The translations under genes and the position numbers were made by a program. A stretch of 64,000 bases of DNA from NCBI GenBank assembly GCA_963664435.2, contig CAXXKM010000002.1, forward strand, positions 160,001-224,000. The letters are read 5' to 3'. Source of the stretch: Longimicrobiales bacterium. Its GTDB lineage: Bacteria > Gemmatimonadota > Gemmatimonadetes > Longimicrobiales > Gaopeijiaceae. Below the pieces are notes generated by a model, which worked only from the letters and a program-made list of their open reading frames with translations, was not told the origin of the DNA and did no database searches. Shown here piece after piece: positions 61,757 to 64,000 of this stretch (positions within the stretch are counted from its first letter, which is position 1; each line of letters begins with the position of its first letter).

Positions 61757-64000
61757 CTACATGTTTCGCCGGTACTGCCCCCCGACTTCGTAGAGCACGG
61801 AGGTGATCTGCCCCAGCGTGCTCACCTTGCAGGCCTCCATGAGCGCGGCGAAGGTGTTGCCGCCCGCCAGCGCCACGCGCCTCAGTTCGTCCAGCGCGGC
61901 GTCGGCGCGGCCCTGATTGCGCGCCCTGAAGGCCCGGTTTGACGCGATGGCGTAGTCCTTCTCTTCGGGGTTGGCGCGGATGACCTCCTCGGGCACCCGC
62001 GTGGGCGACCCCTCCGGCCCCAGGAAGGTGTTCACCCCCACGATCGGCAATTCCCCGCTGTGTTTGCGCGACTCGTACTCGAGCGACTCGTCCTGGATGC
62101 GGCCGCGCTGGTACATGCGCTCCATCGCCCCAAGCACGCCCCCGCGCTCTGACAGCCGCAGGAACTCGCGCATGACCGCTTCTTCCACGAGGTCCGTCAG
62201 CTCCTCGATGATGAACGAGCCCTGCAGCGGGTTCTCGTTCCTGGACAGCCCCAGCTCCCTGCTGATGACGAGCTGAATCGCCAGGGCCCGGCGCACGCTC
62301 TCCTCGGTGGGCGTGGTGATGGCTTCGTCGTAGGCGTTGGTGTGCAGCGAGTTGCAGTTGTCGCAGAGGGCGTAGAGGGCCTGCAGCGTGGTGCGGATGT
62401 CGTTGAAGGCGATCTCCTGCGCGTGCAGGCTGCGTCCCGACGTCTGGATGTGGTACTTGAGCCTCCGGGAGCGGGCGTTGGCGCCGTACACGTGCTTCAT
62501 CGCCTTCGCCCAGATGCGGCGCGCCACCCGCCCCAGCACCACGTACTCCGGGTCCATGCCGTTGGAGAAGAAGAACGACAGATTGGGCGCGAAGTCGTCG
62601 ACGCGCATCCCGCGCGAGCGGTAGTACTCGACGTAGGTGAAGCCGTTCGCGAGGGTGAGCGCGAGCTGGGTGACGGGATTGGCGCCGGCTTCCGCGATGT
62701 GGTATCCGGAGATCGACACCGAATAGAAGTTCCGCACCCCCTCGTCGATGAAGTACTGCTGGATGTCGCCCATCAGGCGAAGCGCCAGCTCGATGGAGAA
62801 GATGCAGGTGTTCTGGGCCTGGTCCTCCTTGAGGATGTCCGCCTGGACGGTGCCGCGGACCACGGCGAGAGTCTTGCGCCGGATGCGCTCGTAGACGTCG
62901 GCCGGAAGGACTTCGTCGCCGCTCACGCCCAGCAGCATGAGGCCGAGGCCGTCGTTGCCCTCCGGCAGCGCGCCCTGGTAGCGGGGACGCTCCACGCCGC
63001 GCTTGCGATAGAGGGCCTGGATGCGCTCCTCTACCTCCGCTTCGAGCCCGTTCTCGCGGATATGGAGCTCGCACTGCTGGTCGATGGCCGCGTTCAGAAA
63101 GAAGCCGAGCAGCATGGGCGCGGGCCCGTTGATGGTCATCGAGACGCTGGTGGACGGGTCCGCGAGGTTGAAGCCGGAGTAGAGCTTCTTGGCGTCGTCC
63201 ACCGAGGCCACGCTCACGCCCGAGTTGCCGACCTTTCCGTAGATGTCCATGCGCTCGTCCGGGTCCTCGCCGTAGAGCGTCACCGAGTCGAAGGCGGTGG
63301 AGAGCCGGTTGGCCAGGCTGGCGCGGCTGAGGAAGTGGAAGCGCCGGTTGGTGCGCTCGGGGCCGCCCTCGCCGGCGAACATGCGCTGCGGATGCTCCTC
63401 GAGCCGCCGCAGGGGAAAGACTGCGGCGGTGTAGGGAAACGCCCCCGGGACGTTCTCGGTGAGCCGCCAGCGCAGCACTTCCCCCCAGTCCCGGAAGCGG
63501 GGGAGCACTACCCGGGGGATGCGCGAGCCGGCGAGCGACTCGCTGAACAGGCTCCGCTCCACCTTCCGGCCACGAACCTGGTAGGCGTAGGTGCCGGCCC
63601 GGTAGCGGCGCTTCACGGCCGGCCATTCCTCGAGCAGGGCCAGGCTGCGTTGGTCGAGGCGCGCGCGCGTCCGCCGGTAGAGGTCGACCAGGCGGGCGAG
63701 CGGTTCGTCTTCGCCGGCCGCGGCGGGGAGGTCGGGCGCGACCTCCTCCGGTTCGTCCCCGGCAGGCGCGCCCGACGCTCCGGGGCCCGCCCCTCCCCCG
63801 CGCCAGCCGGAAGCCCGCGTGTCAGCGTTGGCGGGCCGGGGGGCGCTGCCGGCAGTGGCCCCTTCCCGCAGCAGCCGGATCGCTCCGTGCAGCTGGTACA
63901 GCTGGCGGGCCAGGGCGGCCTGCTCGTCGGCGCGCCGGTCGTAGTCGCGCCCCGCCTCCACGATCTCCGCCAGGTAGCGGGTGCGTTCCGGCGGAATCGG
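61757..64000 (-). CDS. icmF: Fused isobutyryl-CoA mutase / methylmalonyl-CoA mutase family protein (5'-truncated by window edge)
   Basis: [67 protein letters not shown]-terminal GGQYRRNM. No C-terminal B12-binding domain, as in IcmF. Confidence 0.88.
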   Translation of the reverse strand, partial: PIPPERTRYLAEIVEAGRDYDRRADEQAALARQLYQLHGAIRLLREGATAGSAPRPANADTRASGWRGGGAGPGASGAPAGDEPEEVAPDLPAAAGEDEPLARLVDLYRRTRARLDQRSLALLEEWPAVKRRYRAGTYAYQVRGRKVERSLFSESLAGSRIPRVVLPRFRDWGEVLRWRLTENVPGAFPYTAAVFPLRRLEEHPQRMFAGEGGPERTNRRFHFLSRASLANRLSTAFDSVTLYGEDPDERMDIYGKVGNSGVSVASVDDAKKLYSGFNLADPSTSVSMTINGPAPMLLGFFLNAAIDQQCELHIRENGLEAEVEERIQALYRKRGVERPRYQGALPEGNDGLGLMLLGVSGDEVLPADVYERIRRKTLAVVRGTVQADILKEDQAQNTCIFSIELALRLMGDIQQYFIDEGVRNFYSVSISGYHIAEAGANPVTQLALTLANGFTYVEYYRSRGMRVDDFAPNLSFFFSNGMDPEYVVLGRVARRIWAKAMKHVYGANARSRRLKYHIQTSGRSLHAQEIAFNDIRTTLQALYALCDNCNSLHTNAYDEAITTPTEESVRRALAIQLVISRELGLSRNENPLQGSFIIEELTDLVEEAVMREFLRLSERGGVLGAMERMYQRGRIQDESLEYESRKHSGELPIVGVNTFLGPEGSPTRVPEEVIRANPEEKDYAIASNRAFRARNQGRADAALDELRRVALAGGNTFAALMEACKVSTLGQITSVLYEVGGQYRRNM

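Noticed and set aside
63700..63870. Low-complexity G/A/P-rich insertion in icmF
   Set aside because: In frame and in a variable linker; similar low-complexity extensions occur in many genes of this window.

Overview
High-GC (about 70% by spot counts) bacterial chromosome segment. Its gene content (many lipoprotein beta-propellers, M16 pairs, BlaI/M56, HVGN-type LeuRS) suggests a Gemmatimonadota-like organism, though this is inference. Most of the window is housekeeping: accA, ricT, metG, a mocA/xdhC cluster, gyrA, uvrA, a hisG-D-C-H-A-B-F-IE operon, leuS, tkt and the 3' part of icmF. There are two accessory regions. The first (about 22.9-31.3 kb) holds beta-propeller lipoproteins, a BlaI/M56 pair with coiled-coil repeats, and an MNT gene followed by a truncated HEPN gene. 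The second (about 49.0-57.9 kb) is a lower-GC island after tkt. It carries a translationally coupled ubiquitin-like / Cys-free E2-like / JAB-E1 fusion operon, directly followed by a coupled sigma factor / unknown (anti-sigma-like) / short Rad50-SMC ATPase triad with no nuclease partner. A Fic protein and an AAA-DUF4143 protein follow, the latter with five 8-bp cores at an exact 23-bp period in its promoter. This island is the best candidate for an undescribed system. A 19-bp palindromic operator-like motif occurs three times, twice upstream of uvrA and once in the blaI intergenic region. I recognised no tRNA, rRNA, CRISPR array, integrase or transposase. All family calls come from motif recognition, not database searches.
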